Below, in pieces: positions 60,553-60,880 of a DNA stretch of 60,880 nt. The stretch is from an uncultured Aquiluna sp. (lineage in GTDB: Bacteria; Actinomycetota; Actinomycetes; Actinomycetales; Microbacteriaceae): positions 1 to 60,880 of the forward strand of contig CAYXWU010000001.1 in NCBI GenBank assembly GCA_964468885.1, in the 5' to 3' direction. A model generated the notes under the pieces. It did not search any database. It saw only the letters and a list, made by a program, of their open reading frames with translations, and was not told where the DNA came from. Within the stretch, counting starts at the first letter, position 1. Each line of letters starts with the position of its first letter. Position numbers and translations under genes: made by a program.

Positions 60553-60880
60553 TCGATAAAGGGGCGATATTCCTCGAGGGTGCCGTCCAAGATTGGAACG
60601 AGGATCTCAGTCGGGTCTCCACCGGCTCTGATGTAGACCGGGTGCATTGAGCCAGGAAGTTCGTTCAAAAATAGACGCTTGCCTTCAGTTCCGTTGTAGC
60701 CGAGGTCAAACTTTCCCTCAGCTGGAATTGTGATGTCAGTGAGCACCACTTTTCCTTCGGAATCCATGGTTTCTAGTTGAGCAATGACGGTTCCATCAGT
60801 TGCATTAATGAATGAACCAATCAACACTGAATTTCCGTCAGCGTCCGAAACAAACAAAACATTGCGAGCCTTCAGTTCTG
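60549..60880 (-). CDS. Conserved hypothetical protein, 5' end outside the window
   Basis: Open frame to the right edge (ELKARNVLFVSD...VPILDGTLEEY); resembles LpqE-like lipoproteins found after regX3. Confidence 0.6.
   Translation of the reverse strand, partial: ELKARNVLFVSDADGNSVLIGSFINATDGTVIAQLETMDSEGKVVLTDITIPAEGKFDLGYNGTEGKRLFLNELPGSMHPVYIRAGGDPTEILVPILDGTLEEYRPFID

Noticed and set aside
1-60880. CRISPR arrays, rRNA, IS elements, prophage or defence genes
   Set aside because: No spaced repeats or matching proteins seen; intergenic space is too small to hide them.

Overview
Gene-dense, roughly 50% GC chromosomal window from an actinobacterium. Gene content, order and compaction suggest a streamlined Microbacteriaceae of the Aquiluna/Rhodoluna type (inference). 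Core blocks are ffs, dnaX-recR-ask-asd, ponA-DUF4177-ridA, acs, a 6C RNA followed by a minimal five-gene Tad/Flp pilus locus, topA-tmk-holB, tRNA-Thr, Ktr, dacB, pncA, galKT/galM, a polyamine ABC transporter, tRNA-Lys, glpK/glpD, mutT1-ppk1-glnR, ygfZ-gpmA-phoU and senX3-regX3. I saw no mobile elements, CRISPR arrays or rRNA. The least explained signal is a pair of long structured 5' leaders in front of two unlinked polyamine-related loci (potA operon and a saccharopine/carboxyspermidine dehydrogenase-like gene). They share a GGTAGT...GC-RAAGA-C core and may be an undescribed cis-regulatory RNA. Also notable are interlocked leaderless promoters of copC/dacB, a repeated MprA-like box upstream of three envelope genes, and several small ORFs missing from the ORF track. 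All RNA folding was done by eye.
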